A stretch of DNA of 64,000 nucleotides from Octopus vulgaris (GCA_951406725.2 OX597814.1:31496001-31560000); one strand, 5' to 3'; counted from the first letter of the stretch, positions 28,830 through 42,065 are shown. The notes: a model not told the origin generated them from the letters alone. Made by a program: numbers and translations.

Positions 28830-28888
<59 letters not shown>

Positions 28889-29026
28889 TACGACAGGGCC
28901 TCTTTCAGTTTCCGTCTACCAAATCCACTCACAAGGCATTGGTCGGCCCAGGGCTATAGCAGAAGACTGAAACCGCAACCATGTGGTTGGTTAGCAAGCT
29001 ACTTACCACACAGCCACTCCTGCGCC
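28618..29026 (-). mobile_element. SINE family A (internal deletion) nested in an older plus-strand copy
   Basis: Near-consensus minus copy. A plus-strand head (28539-28590) lies to its left and a plus-strand tail (29090-29300) to its right. Confidence 0.85.
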
Positions 29027-29088
<62 letters not shown>

Positions 29089-29559
29089 TGTATATGTTTG
29101 TGTATCTGTCCTCCTGCTATCACTTGACAACCGATATTGGTATGTTTACGCCCCAGTAACTTTGCAGTTTGGCAAAAGTGACCAATAGAATAAATACTAG
29201 ATTTATAAAAATTATATCCTTGGGTCGATTTGTTCGACTAAAGGTAGTGCTCCAGCATGGCTGCATTCAAATGATTGAAACGAGTAAAAAATAAAAGAAT
29301 ATATAAACACATGCACATGCTTATGTATAAATATATGTATATGTGTGTATGTATGAGTGTGTATGTGAATATATATATATATTTATGTGTGTGTGTATTT
29401 GTGTGTATGTTCGTGTGTATGTACGTGAGACAATTCGTGGTAACTCATGCCGCGTGGGGTTTAAATTATCGAGACTCCTGTGATCTAAATGTCTCTCAAT
29501 TTGGTATTTAGATGAAGATAGGATGAAAGTAAAGAGCAGTGGACTCTGTTGAGCTTGAA

Positions 29560-30200
29560 CAGTGGCGGCTGGTGGGCATTTACCTGAACACGACAAAGTC
29601 CAGGAAAATGACAAAAGCTTACTGATACGACAAAAGATTACTTATATGATACGAGTGTTAGTTGAGGACGAACGATCTAACAAGCGTGTAGGGATGCAAT
29701 ACCAGGAAATTTGGTTAAGACAGGAGCAATTATTGACACGCTAATTCGTATGGAGTGAGTTTTGAAGAGGGGGTCTCCACTATCTAAAATTCCTAATTTA
29801 AGCAGTTTACGACGCCCTACCTGTCAATGCAACTTGTTCTCCTGGGGAAACGCGGTGTCATTTGCTTTCTACCTGTACCTGATATGAAGGACACTGGAAC
29901 ACATTCTCAGTTCCTGAAAAGGTCCTGAAGTACCTTTGTCAAGGGTGTTGCGAAGAAGCCGCCAGCTGCCTGTTTAACGTTTTTGGGTCTACAGGCAACA
30001 CCACAAGACTGGGAACTGAGAAACGACATCTGGGAACAACTAAAATTCCCAGAAGGTATCGCATTTACATTGTTAAGGTCACACTTGGGGCTGAATCCAG
30101 GCAGGTGTTTTACAAAGAACTCTCCATTTCCTGGAAGATCAATGGTGAGGAAGCGAATGAGAAAAATAGCAAGTTTGCCTTTATACAGGCCTTGTAAAAT
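29560..30200 (+). mobile_element. Decayed Hero-like (RLE-type) non-LTR retrotransposon fragment
   Basis: Translates as VGMQYQEIWLRQE, AVYDALPVNA..L.SWG, TLEHILSS and QDWELRNDIWEQLKFPEGIAFTLLR(S). This resembles the Hero pattern DW.L..DL..QL.FP..I..T.LRPD. Confidence 0.6.
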
Positions 30201-31149
30201 TTAGTCTGTCACTTTTTGAACAAACTTGAATATCTCATTATTTCAATATCGCCAGACAGTTTACGGAGAAGAAATTCGCGTCTTACGATATTCAGTGCCA
30301 GCTCATTACCCGATTATTTAGACTTTTTACGCGGATGTCTTAATAACAACAGCGCGATTGCACATTTTGATATGTTCATGCTTCGAACGATTTTTTGTCA
30401 TGTATAGTTACAAAGAAACAAAGTTACATACAATAGAAATGATATGCAAACTCACTAGATACAAACAATTATGGCATTATGTAATAAAATAAGAATTATA
30501 TTTTACCAGGAGACAAATTTTGTTTCTGAAAATTCGATGCGTCTACCGAGACACGACCAGAACAATTATCCAAGGGAAATAAAGCAGAAAAAATCGAATT
30601 TTTACTATTATATTCTCTCACCACTAGAAAACAACAACCTTTTAGGTGTCGAAATTTGATTTAATTTCCCCAAATTGAAATTTTCAATATTCATATGTAC
30701 AATAGCTATCACACTGAGCGTCTAGATGTAAAACTTTAGCTGTGTTAAAAGCTAATAATACAGGTAGTTCTCATAATGTACTATGAATGGAAATTAAAGC
30801 ATGGTTTAGTTTGGTGTACATTGTGCCAAATAATATATGTGTATGTTTTTGTGTGTGTATGTTGAGTGTGTAGTAATGATTATATGTGTGTCTGTAAAGA
30901 TGTTTATAATATTTATCATGTATGTAAAAAAAAAGAAGAGCAGTATGTCATCTCAGAGAAATATTTCAAAGAGATTTGTGTGCTTAAAACACCTGACCAG
31001 CCATCACAAATATAAGTGAATAGTGCTTGTGTATAGAAAGAATGATTCTTTCTATAACCGAAAGAAGCTATCGATTGAACAGGAGATCAACAATTAAATG
31101 AGGAGACCGAATCAGATTCAAACAACGACTTTCTATAATCCACCCACGT

Positions 31150-31358
31150 TGTATGTATACATGTATGTATGCATGTATGTATGTAAGTATGTATGTACGT
31201 ATGTATGTATGTATGTACGTACGTATGTATGTTTGTATGTATGTATGAATGTATGTATGTACGTATGTATGTATGCATGTATGTATGTATGTACGTTTTT
31301 ATGTATATACGTATGTATGTATGTACGTATTATGTTTGTATGTATGTATGTATGTATG
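31150..31358. repeat. (TATG)n microsatellite
   Basis: About 200 bp of degenerate TATG tandem repeat. Confidence 0.95.
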
Positions 31359-31359
31359 T

Positions 31360-32575
31360 TATTATTTTGTTTTATTTTAAGATTCCTTGTAATTAGATAA
31401 AGAGCTAGCTTCCAACCTAGATTCAAGGTTCCTTCGTTGGAATTTCAACATCAACAGGGTATTTTTGCATGTATATATGTACATGTGCAGTATTTGGAGT
31501 CAGTGCATGTGCAGATTTGTGTTTGTTTTATGCATGTATTCTCATGCATGTAGACCCGAGTGTATATAATTAAATAATAAGCTTTTGATAAGTTTTACGG
31601 GATTTTACAGTTCTAGTGATGGCTTGGATCTATTATCTTCGAACAAACGTTCTCCTTTCTGCTTTTGAGAAGCCTAATTTCTCAAGATTGGTATTGATGT
31701 AATGTGTATCTCAATGCCCCAATAATATGTATCCCAGTGCCCCAATAATTACAAGTGTAAAACTGATCTTGTAATCTGGATAGAGTAGCTGTACATTACT
31801 CAATTATTCTGCGTAGGTATTTTCTTTCTCGCTAATCTTTAGCTTTATGTTAACCTCCGCTGGGAAGCTTCTTTCCACAACTGTAAGCAGGTTCTCTTTC
31901 CTACTCTAGATCACTATGTTAGGTCTATCACATTTCTATTTTATTATATTTCCATTTTATTTCACTGAGCTATTCCACCAGAACTCCTTCTTATTATGAG
32001 TGACTATGGCTTCTACCATATTGTAGATTCTTGTTTCTTTAGCTTAAGGGTTATTCTTTCGTCGGATTACAAAAAACAATGTCTTAGCTACACCATGACT
32101 CGTCAGTAGATAATGCCACGTTGACTGTTTTCAGACAACTGCTTATGATGTGGGTGATATTTTCTGTGTTAACTCCACAAAATCTGCATCGGTTATCACA
32201 TTTTGCTGTTTTTACTGCGTCCCTTTTGTGCATCAGGTACTTGGTTAATATTTCCTGTTCCTGGATTGCAAACACAGACCCGGTTGTTAGTCCATGATAG
32301 ACTGTTTTGATGGTCAATGTTACCATAATCCTAGAGCTTTCTGCTAACATATCCATGCATGATCTTCTACTAATATACGCTCATCCTTTCATCTGATGAT
32401 ATAGTGCAGTAGCGCCGTGCGACTTCTTTGGGCATGTATTTAAGGTGATCATACAAGGAATGCTACTGCAGGAGATGCTTTCCAAATCCTATGATAGTCT
32501 CATGTATGTTAACTTGGTCAAGGGATGCACTCCGACACTTGGTGGTTAAAAGATATTGCCGAAGGGATATGATAT
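31360..32575 (-). mobile_element. 5'-truncated, decayed R4/Dong-like non-LTR retrotransposon
   Basis: Translates as FAIQEQEILTKY, CRFCGVNTENITHIISSC (CCHC), DRPNIVI, SFPAEVNIKLKISEKENTYAEL and VIIGALGY (restriction-like endonuclease region), then a 3'UTR. Confidence 0.8.
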
Positions 32576-32592
32576 GATATATAAATATATAT

Positions 32593-35055
32593 CAGTGGTG
32601 ACTCCTACACTCGGGCTGTTCGAGTTCAGCCCGGGTATAAATTTAGAAAAGTGAACGTGAATTTGCAAACTCATTTAATTTCTGCCAACACTGACTTCAA
32701 TTATGTAATTGCAGCCTATAACTCGGGATCCTTTTATTGAGCCTGGTCGCCGTTCATTTATATTCGTTCAGCGTCTGGCAGTTGTTTTGAGGTATTCTGT
32801 GTCAAAAAATATAATTCGTAGCAGACATTCTCTCGACATCGTTCACACGCGCCTGACACGGGCCCGAGTTGTTATTTTTAATCGTAAAAATTTAAAATAA
32901 TTCAAACTCAATATTTTCTTGAAACAATAAATTTCTATAGAGATTAGGATTTAATTCCAATCTATGAAAAGTTTCCATTCTAAAATATCATCCAGCTATT
33001 CGGGCTAATACGAACGAGCCTGGTAAGTGTAAAAGACTAACTGGCATCTCATGTGAAGTATGCAGGCGACAGTCAGATCGCTCATGTTTGTTTATTCTGT
33101 GCATCTGTGTGTAAAGATCACTTGTATTTTGCAGGGTTGTTATATTTTTACCCTTAAATTAGAAGTAGAGAAAGACATAGTACTTGATATTAAAAACAAG
33201 CCATTTGGAGCTAGAAATATTGCAGAAAACGAAGGCCGACTCCTTCATTGAAAACTAAATTTGGAACTCAAACATTCCAGACAAAATGGTATGAACAGAT
33301 TGATTGGCTTTGTGCAAGTAGCGTCACAGGGAAACTCTACACCTGGCCAAAAGCTAATCAGTCATGGATAGATGGAGGCTATAATAATTTTAAAAACACC
33401 CTGAATGATTGTAAGTATCACAGTAAATCATTGAGTCATTTAAGCATTAATAGCTGTAAAAGCTTGAAAACTTTCGGGCTGTACGATATTGTGACAGCTA
33501 TTAGTGAGTCTGCTAAACTGGAAAAAGAACGACGTAACAAAGCAGCTGAAGAAAACTGACGAAGCAGTTAACAAATACTGTGATGTTCCTGTGTAAACAA
33601 GAGTTGCCTTTATGTGGAAATGATGAAGGAAGTGACAGCCTTAATAGAGGAAATTACCGCGAACTATAGCAGTGCTTTGCTGAAATCGACAGCGTGTTTG
33701 CTTTTAGACTTTCTACTAAAGAAGGGTTGAAACAGTGTTCAGGAGTCTCAAATACAATACAAGATGACCTAATACAAACGATTGGAAATGTCATCTCTGA
33801 TGATATTTGAAGCGAAGTTGATAAAGCTCTGTTCATGTATGCGCAAGCCGACAAAACTACAGACTGTGTAATGCATGCCCAACTGTCAATCGTAATAAGA
33901 TATGCATATGAAGACAAAACATGTGAACGATATCTTGGATTCTACGAAGTCAGTGATAATAAAATTGCTATAAGACTGGCTAACGTGATCGCAACAGCGT
34001 TGAACTCCTTCAGTGACGCTACAGATAAATTAGTGAGCCAGACTTACGACGGAGCAGCTGTAATGCAGGAACGCTAAATGGAGTACAGAGCATATGGCCC
34101 AGTGGTTAGGGCAGCGGACTCGCGGTCATAGGATCGCGGTTTCGATTCCCAGACCGAGCGTGGTGAGTGTTTATTGAGCGAAAACACCTAAAGCTGCACG
34201 AGGCTCCGGCAAGGGATGGTGGTGATCCCTACTGTACTCTTTCACCACAACTTTCTCTCACTCTTACTTCCTGTTTCTGTTGTACCTGTATTTCAAAGGG
34301 CCGGCCTTGTCACTCTCTGTGTCACGCTGAATATCCCCGAGAACTACGTTAAGGGTACACGTGTCTGTGGAGTGCTCAGCCACTTACACGTTAATTTCAC
34401 GAGCAGGCTGTTCCGTTGATTCAGATCAACCGGAACCCTCGTCGTCGTGACCGAGGGAGTGCTTCCTCCACAGAGCATACTAAGGGATAAAGGAATTATA
34501 CCTGCACACTTCATTCACTGCTATGCGTATAAACTTAACTTAGTGTTGAGTAAAAGTTCTGAGATTGTGAGTGGAGTAAAAATGTGTTTTTCTCATCTAC
34601 GCCCATCTAGTAAATATACATCTTCCAGTGCCTAGTGGTAAAACGTTTACAGGCAATTGAAATCAGTATTCCATCTCTGTGCGAAACAGAATGGCGCTAT
34701 AGATCAAGAACTGTGTCATCCATAAAATTATTGCTTGAAAACTTGAAAAATACCTTCACGCGTATTCTAGGTTCTGGTGAAAGTGGGATGATAATGCACT
34801 TTGTCAAACAGGAAAACTATTGGCCAAGTTGAATGATTTCACATTCAAGTTTTTTATCAATTGCTTTCATAAGATATTTTCTCAGACTGGAAAACTTTGT
34901 CTAGAAAACAAGTATTCCTATATTTTTGAATGTAAGAGCTTAGTGAACGAGCTAAAATATATGTATATTGACAGTGATTTCAAAAAGTGCAAGTCATTCA
35001 ACTCCATTTTGAAATTATTGTATAAATTGCAGTTGACTTCCGCCATGCCGGAAGG
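32593..35055 (+). mobile_element. Decayed hAT transposon (ZMYM1/DUF4371-type transposase pseudogene)
   Basis: Left end CAGTGGTGACTCC. Motifs FQTKWYEQIDWL, LPLCGNDE..DSLNRGNYREL, IQDDLI, ADKTTD....QLSIVIRY, ERYLGF, SQTYDGAAVM, FIHCYAYKLNLVL, CETEW, with several stops. The 3' end is lost. Confidence 0.9.
34095..34469 (+). mobile_element. SINE family C inserted in the hAT transposase
   Basis: A and B boxes present; 10-bp target-site duplication ACAGAGCATA at 34085-34094 and 34470-34479. Confidence 0.95.
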
Positions 35056-36380
35056 GACCTGTCGTTTAGATCGACCCCAGTATGCAACTTTGTCGATCCT
35101 CAAAGGATGAAAAGCAAAGTCGACTTCGGTAGAATTTGAACTAAGTACGTAAAGACAGAAAATATACCTATTTCTTTACTACCCACAAGGGGCTAAACAC
35201 AGCGGGGACAAACAAGTACAGACACACGGATTAAGTCGATTATATCGACCTCAGTGCGTAACTGGTACATATCTAATCGACCCCGAAAGGATTAAAGGCA
35301 AAGTCGACCTCGGCGGAATTTGAACTAAGAACGTAGCGGCAGACAAAATACCGCTAAGCATTTCGCCCTGCGTGCTAACATTTCTGCCAGCTAGCCGCCT
35401 TAGTTCTGCTTCAAACCGTCCACTTCACAGTAGAACGCACAGAGAATAGTGTATTTTGATATATTCCTTTCTACTCTAGGTACAAGGCCCGAAAATTTTG
35501 GGGAAGTGGCCAGTCGATTAGATTCACTCCGATACGCAACAGGTATCGACCCGGAAAGGATAAAAAACAAAGTCTATCTCGGCGGAATTTGAAATCAGCG
35601 TAAAGACAGACGGAAAACCTATTTCTAAAGACGGAAAACCTATTTCTATTTCTTTACTACCCACAAGGGGCTAAACACAGAAAGCAGAAACAAGGACAGA
35701 CAAACAGATTAAGTCGATTATATCGACCCCAATGCGTATCTGGTACTTATTTAATCGACCCCAAAAGGATGAAAGGCAAAGTCAACCTCGGCAGAATTTG
35801 AACTGAGAACGTAACCGCAGACGAAATACGTATTTCTTTACTACCCACAAGGGGCTAAACACAGAGAGGACAAACAAGGACAGACAAACGGATTAAGTCG
35901 ATTATATCGACTCGAGTGCGTAACTGGTACTTATTTAATCGACCCCGAAAGGATGAAAGGCAAAGTCGACCTCGGCGGAATTTGAACTCAGAACGTAGAG
36001 GCAGACAAAATACTGCTGAGCATTTCGCCCGGTGTGCTAACGTTTCTGCCAGCTAGCCACCTCAGTTATGTTTCAAATCATCCACCTCACAGTAAAACGC
36101 TCAAAAATAGTGTACTTTGATATATTCCTTTCTACTCTAGGCACAAGGCCCGAAAAGTTTGGAGAAGAGGCCAGTCGATTAGATCGATCCCGGTACGCAA
36201 CAGGTACTTAACTTATCGACCCCGAAAAGATGAAAGGCAAAGTCGATCTCGGCGGAATTCGAACTTAACGTAAAGACAGACGGAATACCATCAAGCATTT
36301 TGCCCGGCGTTCTAATGTTTTTTCCTGCTAACCGCCTTAGTTCTGTTTTAAATCGTCCACCTCACAGTAGAACTCACACA
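35056..36380 (-). mobile_element. Cluster of tandem SINE family B copies (about 6 cores)
   Basis: Repeated ATCGACCCCGAAAGGATGAAAGGCAAAGTCGACCTCGGCGGAATTTGAAC cores with two alternating tail types. Confidence 0.9.
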
Positions 36381-39094
36381 CGCGCGCGCGCGCGCACACA
36401 GACACACACAAATTGAATATATAATGATCATACAGATGATAATGATTATATTTCAGCTATGGTAACTGCTCTAGTATTTACGAATATATAAAATATCAAT
36501 AGCCTCTTTGTTTTTTTATTCTTCTGTATATTTACACTAGTGAATGAATTAACTGTTAGCATTCTCTCCATGTCATACTGTTAAAGTGTATCATGACTAA
36601 GGTTGCAAGTGGCACTATTCTAAGATTGTTTTTCTCCTCTCCTCAATTATTTCTTGGTAGACGGTAAAACACATTTTTATAAAGCATTTTTCTATACAGT
36701 TTTATCTGTATTAGTATTAAATTTCCATGATACGAGAGCTAAGATTCTCAAAGTAAAAAGTGCTGATTCTTCGTGACTTCTCAAATTTATGCAGAATCTG
36801 ATATATCTAATTGAAATCATTGGTAAAATTCAGCATTTAACAAGAGTGTATAGGTTTAATATCAATTAGATACTTTAGCAGAAAATATTAATTGACATAC
36901 GTAGAACTATGTGAAAATTGTGATCAGATAAGTTAAGGGTGCTGTTTCCTGTCACGTGTGCCGCCATTTCTCATAATGATCGCCAGAAATTCATGCAGTT
37001 GTTTTTCTAAAAATGGCCACGGAATTCCCCGACAAGATATTATTTTTTCAGTATAGCTCATATTCAACTATTAATATTGCAAGTAAGGTAAGTATTTTTC
37101 TAAAACAACAAAATGTTGAAATATTGGGAATAAGAAAAACATCTTGTTAAGATCAGAAACGACTTTGAAAACATCCACTGAAAACAACACTCGTGAAATT
37201 GGAATCATACTGTAAATAGTAAAGGTAATTGCAAACTTAATGCTAGGATATTAAGTATTCCGTACTGGTACACTAAATGTAGAAGAGAAATGAACAAAAC
37301 ATCATTATAACCTATGGATATACATTAAGGAAGCGAGTGAGGAAATACCCTAGAGAGTCAGATATTCAATGTACATTACTAAATTAAACGCATTGTTTAT
37401 AAGGATATCCAGAAATAGCAACGAAAACTAAGATCGAAAATAGATATTTGAATGATAATTGTAGCTAAGGGTCAAGTAATTAGAATAATCGCCATCAAAG
37501 CGAATGTGGACAAAAGCTAGATTTGATCAGCTAAAGAGAATTGGTCGGATATGTGACTGCAAACTAAACAGCAATTCAACAACGTACTAGTAAACATAAT
37601 AATAGAAAGAAAGAAAAAAAAGCTACATAAAAGTTATATAGAACTGTCTGACAATATGTCTATTTTTTGTTGTTGTTAACGGAAAAACATGGTAGGAGGT
37701 CATTCGACATTTGATACTGCTGTTGCTTCCGGCTTTGATGACTAATTTAATGAATTCATCACATGTGATAAAACAAATAAGTCTAAAAAACGGACACATT
37801 CACTTTAGTTTCGTTGTGGAAAGTGAATGGCTTTCTTAGCTTTAGGGAAGGTCTTTCTGACTATTTACACTGAAAGTACATGAACCACATATCGTCTATT
37901 CTGTTTCCAGGAAAAGTAAGAATATGGTTATTGTGTTTGGTACTGTTGTTGCTGATTGATTGGCAAGCTGGCAATTTTAGAAGAATATTTTCGAAGTACT
38001 TAATAGTGACCTCTTAATTATACATTTCAGTACACAAAAACAATAAGGGAAGGAAGATAAAAGAGGCACCGTAAACTAAGTATTCTGATTCGTTCGTTCA
38101 ACTTTCCAAAGCATAAGAAAACATAAGAATCTGTAATATCAATCGTCCAAATTGGAGAGAAATGAAAGGAATCGACTGAGAGTCAAAAGCCTATTGTAAA
38201 ACAAATTTTTTTACGATATTAGTTGGCCTTCTTTCTCATTTCAATGTCTCCATCAACTTTGCTGAATACTCCGACTACATCCTCCTTAAACCAGATGATT
38301 TAGCATGTAGCATTCCTTCATATATATTTATATATATATATATATATATACGCATAGTGAGTTCTGCTTATACTGTCTTTCAAACATTCCATCTAGAAAG
38401 CCTTGAAAGTTGTGCAAAACGTTATCTAAATAGTCAATTTGTATTTAATTTATCACCCAATTTTCTTATACAAATTCTAACTTTACTATATTCGAATGTT
38501 CAGTTCTATGATACATACTCTTCGGTGTATACAGTAAGTACCTGCTAGTGTTACTAAGTACATATACGTACCTACGTATTTATATCACTCTAAATTTCCT
38601 TTTATTCCTCGAGCGTATCCCTAAAGAACTAACATAGATTTCCCACTGCTTCACATAAGAGATAACTTAACAAAAATATATTCAATAAGGGCAACGAATA
38701 ATCTTTTTACTCGGTTTGCTAAAAGCAAAGTAACAGTACCTTCCTGAAATTACGCAATCAAGTTTTCTGAAAGTAAATGACACATGGTATATAGTCGCCT
38801 TTACTCACGCTAAAGTGTGTGGGTGTTGACGGAAGGTTAATCAGAGTAGAACTAGGATTCAACAACAAGCATAACATAGTCATTATAATGAAAAGAGGTT
38901 TTTGATAAAATCATTACACTGTTCAAAGAGACAGCGTCATTCGACGCACTAACGACTCTGCTAAGCTCCTATTCATAAATACAGACACAAATACAAACAT
39001 ACATACGTACGTACATACATATTATTTTAAATAATTCAAAATTTACTGTTACTAACGTTCATTAAACCAATGGATATCTATCTATCTATTTATC

Positions 39095-39432
39095 TATTGA
39101 CCGAGGTTACCGTGGTCTTTTCCGTAGGCTTTTCTTTCCACGGGTAAACCTCACCTGTCCTCCCCTTTACACTTCATATTGACATTTCTGTGATAACGAT
39201 CCCTATTGATCATTTTTTTCCTTTCCCTTTTTTTTCCTCACCTCCCCTTTTTTTCCTCACCCCCCCTTTTAAAAATTTTATTTTCTTCCCCCCCTTTTTT
39301 TGTCCTCTTTCTTTTCATTTACGATCCCTTTTGATCGAAAACCAAACCCCCTTCTTTTACCCCCAAAAGAAAAGCTCTACCTTGTAATTTTGTCCTGTCT
39401 GTGTGCAGCCCTGTGTGGCTAATAGAGAAACA
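39095..39432 (+). mobile_element. Tx1-like LINE 3'UTR fragment flanked by TATC repeats
   Basis: Matches 8775-9018 (TATTGACCGAGGTTACCGTGGTC...GGCTAATA.AGAAACA), with (TATC)n on both sides. Confidence 0.85.
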
Positions 39433-40442
39433 TATCTATCTATCTATCTATTTTCTACGATTTAGTATACTAGAAGTACTTGCGCTGATGAAAATTTTTC
39501 AGTGGGTGTAGCACGGCCAATGCGACAAGAGAACTGAGAAAACCAGGTTCTGCTAAGGTCTCTCCTAATTAGTTAACCAAGCAAGGTTAAAGAGCTTCTG
39601 CCTACTCATGAAGTACTCTTCCCGTGACAGACGCCAAATTGACAACCAAACGCTTCATAGGGTGATTAAATAATATTCCGGCGTCCGAAGGGAACAGCTC
39701 ATACATACAAAAAGAAAATAATAATAATAATAATAACAATTGTGAAAGATGTGTAATTTAAAAATAAGATTTAAAAAATGTAAAAGATATGTAACTTAAA
39801 AATATAAGTAAAATAAGATATAAATATAAATGAGATATATAACAAAAAGTAAAAATATACATAAATATACTTACAGGAATATATATGAGACATACTTATC
39901 TACAAGGCCGAAACAGCTGTAAGATGTAATCTATACTTATATTTATATTTACTTATATTTATATTCTCTTTTATATATATTCCACTTATTATACAACATT
40001 ACTCTTTTATGAACACTTTTTTATGTACATTCCTTTATGTACACTGATTTGTTCTGCTTTTTATATTTAACCCTACAGTCTCTTATGTGGTGGTTTTTAA
40101 TAAAGTATGTGATTGAGTATTATCTGGTAATTGATATTTGATTTAGATGTATTTCTCTTATCTTGTAAAACGACATATACATATTTACACATATTTGTTG
40201 GATGGCCGTTGTCTGCTCATGAGTTCCTCTGCCCAACAATCACTCTCCTCACGAAACAAGCAAGCCTGGTGGTCTTGCCAGCTTAGTCGCCGATGACCCG
40301 ACTGCTTAACAGGTTGTGCTGGATTACATGTTACCAATAGCACTCCAGAACAACCTCTCTCTCTCTCTGTCTCTCTCTTCTTCTCTCTCACACACACACA
40401 TGAATATGTAAATAGAGACACATATATTTATGTAGTGTACGC

Positions 40443-40891
40443 ACTCTTTTACTCTTTTACTTGTTTCAGTCATTTGAGTGTGGCCATGCTGGAGCACCTC
40501 CTTTAGTCGTGCAAATCGCCCCCAGGACTTATTATTTGTAAGCCTAGTACTTATTCTATCAGTCTTTCCTGCCGAACCGCTAAGTTACGGGGACGTAAAT
40601 ACACCGGCATCGGTTGTCAAGCGATGTTGGGGGGGGGGGACAAACACAGAGACACAAACATATACACATACATACATATATATACATAAATATATATACA
40701 TATATATGTGTGTGTGTGTGTGTATACATACATATATACGACGGGCTTCTTTCAGTTTCCGTCTACCAAATACACTCACCAGGTTTTGGTCGGCCCCAGA
40801 TTATAATAGAAGACACTTGCCCAAGGTGCCACGCAGTGGGACTGAACTCGGAACCATGTGATTCGTAGGAAAGCTACTTACCACACAGCCA
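40443..40891 (-). mobile_element. SINE family A
   Basis: Full match to family A. Confidence 0.9.
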
Positions 40892-42065
40892 TTCTCTATG
40901 TGAAAGATTAACTGATCAACATGAAAAATTAGAAATCTAGAATTTAATAGTCTAAGTCATTGTATGTCGTTGTATGTAAAAAGTATGAGTCGATTTGAAC
41001 ATCACTCTGTTAGTAAAGTCTTAAACTGTTGCATATTGTATGTACTGATAGCAATCACATCTGTTTCATTATCAGTCTCCCAATTATGAGAGGACAATGA
41101 AACATTTTCTCGGCAGAGAGTCTTCATATATATAGACACGTAGGCGATATTTGCTTAAAACTTTTTCCTCTCCAAATGGAATGTAGGAAATGTTCTATAT
41201 TTAGTGATTGGTAGATTATTGTTACCTGCCATGATGATAAGTAATAACTGTATTATCTTTGACAAGCTATCTCACAGTAAACATTATTTTTACTTAATAT
41301 CCACTGCAGAAGATCTGTTAAAAAACAGCTGCTCATTACACCTATCGATTTCCCCAAAGAACACTCCTTGTTCATCCGCCAGCATGTTGACACATTTTTT
41401 TCTCTTAAAACAATCTCAAACGCTGCCATTTTTTCTTCATTCAAGCTGGGTACTCGCATTACTCTACACTAATATATATTACGCATGCAAGAGATGTACC
41501 CTGATACGCTAATCCCACTAGTGGCTGGTGTTACAAACGGTATCAAACATGATTGATATTCACTAACTAACTAACTAATAATAATAACAACAACAACAAC
41601 AACAACAACAATGATAATGATAATAATAATAAAAATAATAATAATAATTATCATCATAATCATCATCGTTGTCATCAAAAAATGTTCATTTTGAAATACC
41701 ACTGCCGTTAATAACAGTAGGATATTTATACACATTCAAAGTCCCTTTATTATTGGACATAATTTCATGGCTGTATGTGTGTGAGTATATGTAAATTAAA
41801 TATGTATACATGCTTTCAGTATATAATTTATAGCAGGAAAACTGTTTCCTGCATAAGCACACATACACACACGCGCACATACCCGCACATAATCATTTGT
41901 AAAAGTTACAAGTTGGCCGTTGGGGTAAAGAATGTATGCTTGTGTATTTGTTTTCGGCTGTGATGCCTGATGTGGAAAGCATTGTTGCCGAAAAAATGAT
42001 AGTTACATGTGAGCAAATTTTCTATCACGGAGCTGATGTAGCCGGCTAGTGATATTGTCTCTTTT

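Noticed and set aside
34095-34165. tRNA-like heads here and at 21592, 22720-22790 and 47002
   Set aside because: They continue into SINE bodies, one with a clear TSD, and lack a proper acceptor stem and terminator, so they are not tRNA genes.
35056-36380. Regularly recurring repeats (also 44967-45557) as a CRISPR-like array
   Set aside because: The units are SINE copies without unique spacers, the DNA is eukaryotic, and there are no cas genes.
37685-37790. Minus-strand VIKAGSNSSIKCR resembling an Ig strand
   Set aside because: There are no convincing splice sites or further Ig motifs, so it is likely chance.
39590-39705. Pairings TTCCC/GGGAA, GACGCC/GGCGTC and GAGCT/AGCTC suggesting an HDV-like ribozyme or SECIS
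   Set aside because: I could not place a P1/P1.1 for an HDV fold, and the helix is too short for a SECIS. A covariance-model search would be needed.
39895-39930. GGCC-GAAA-CAGCTG-TA-AGATG, the 3' half of a hammerhead
   Set aside because: No matching CUGANGA or 5' stem I strand is visible upstream.
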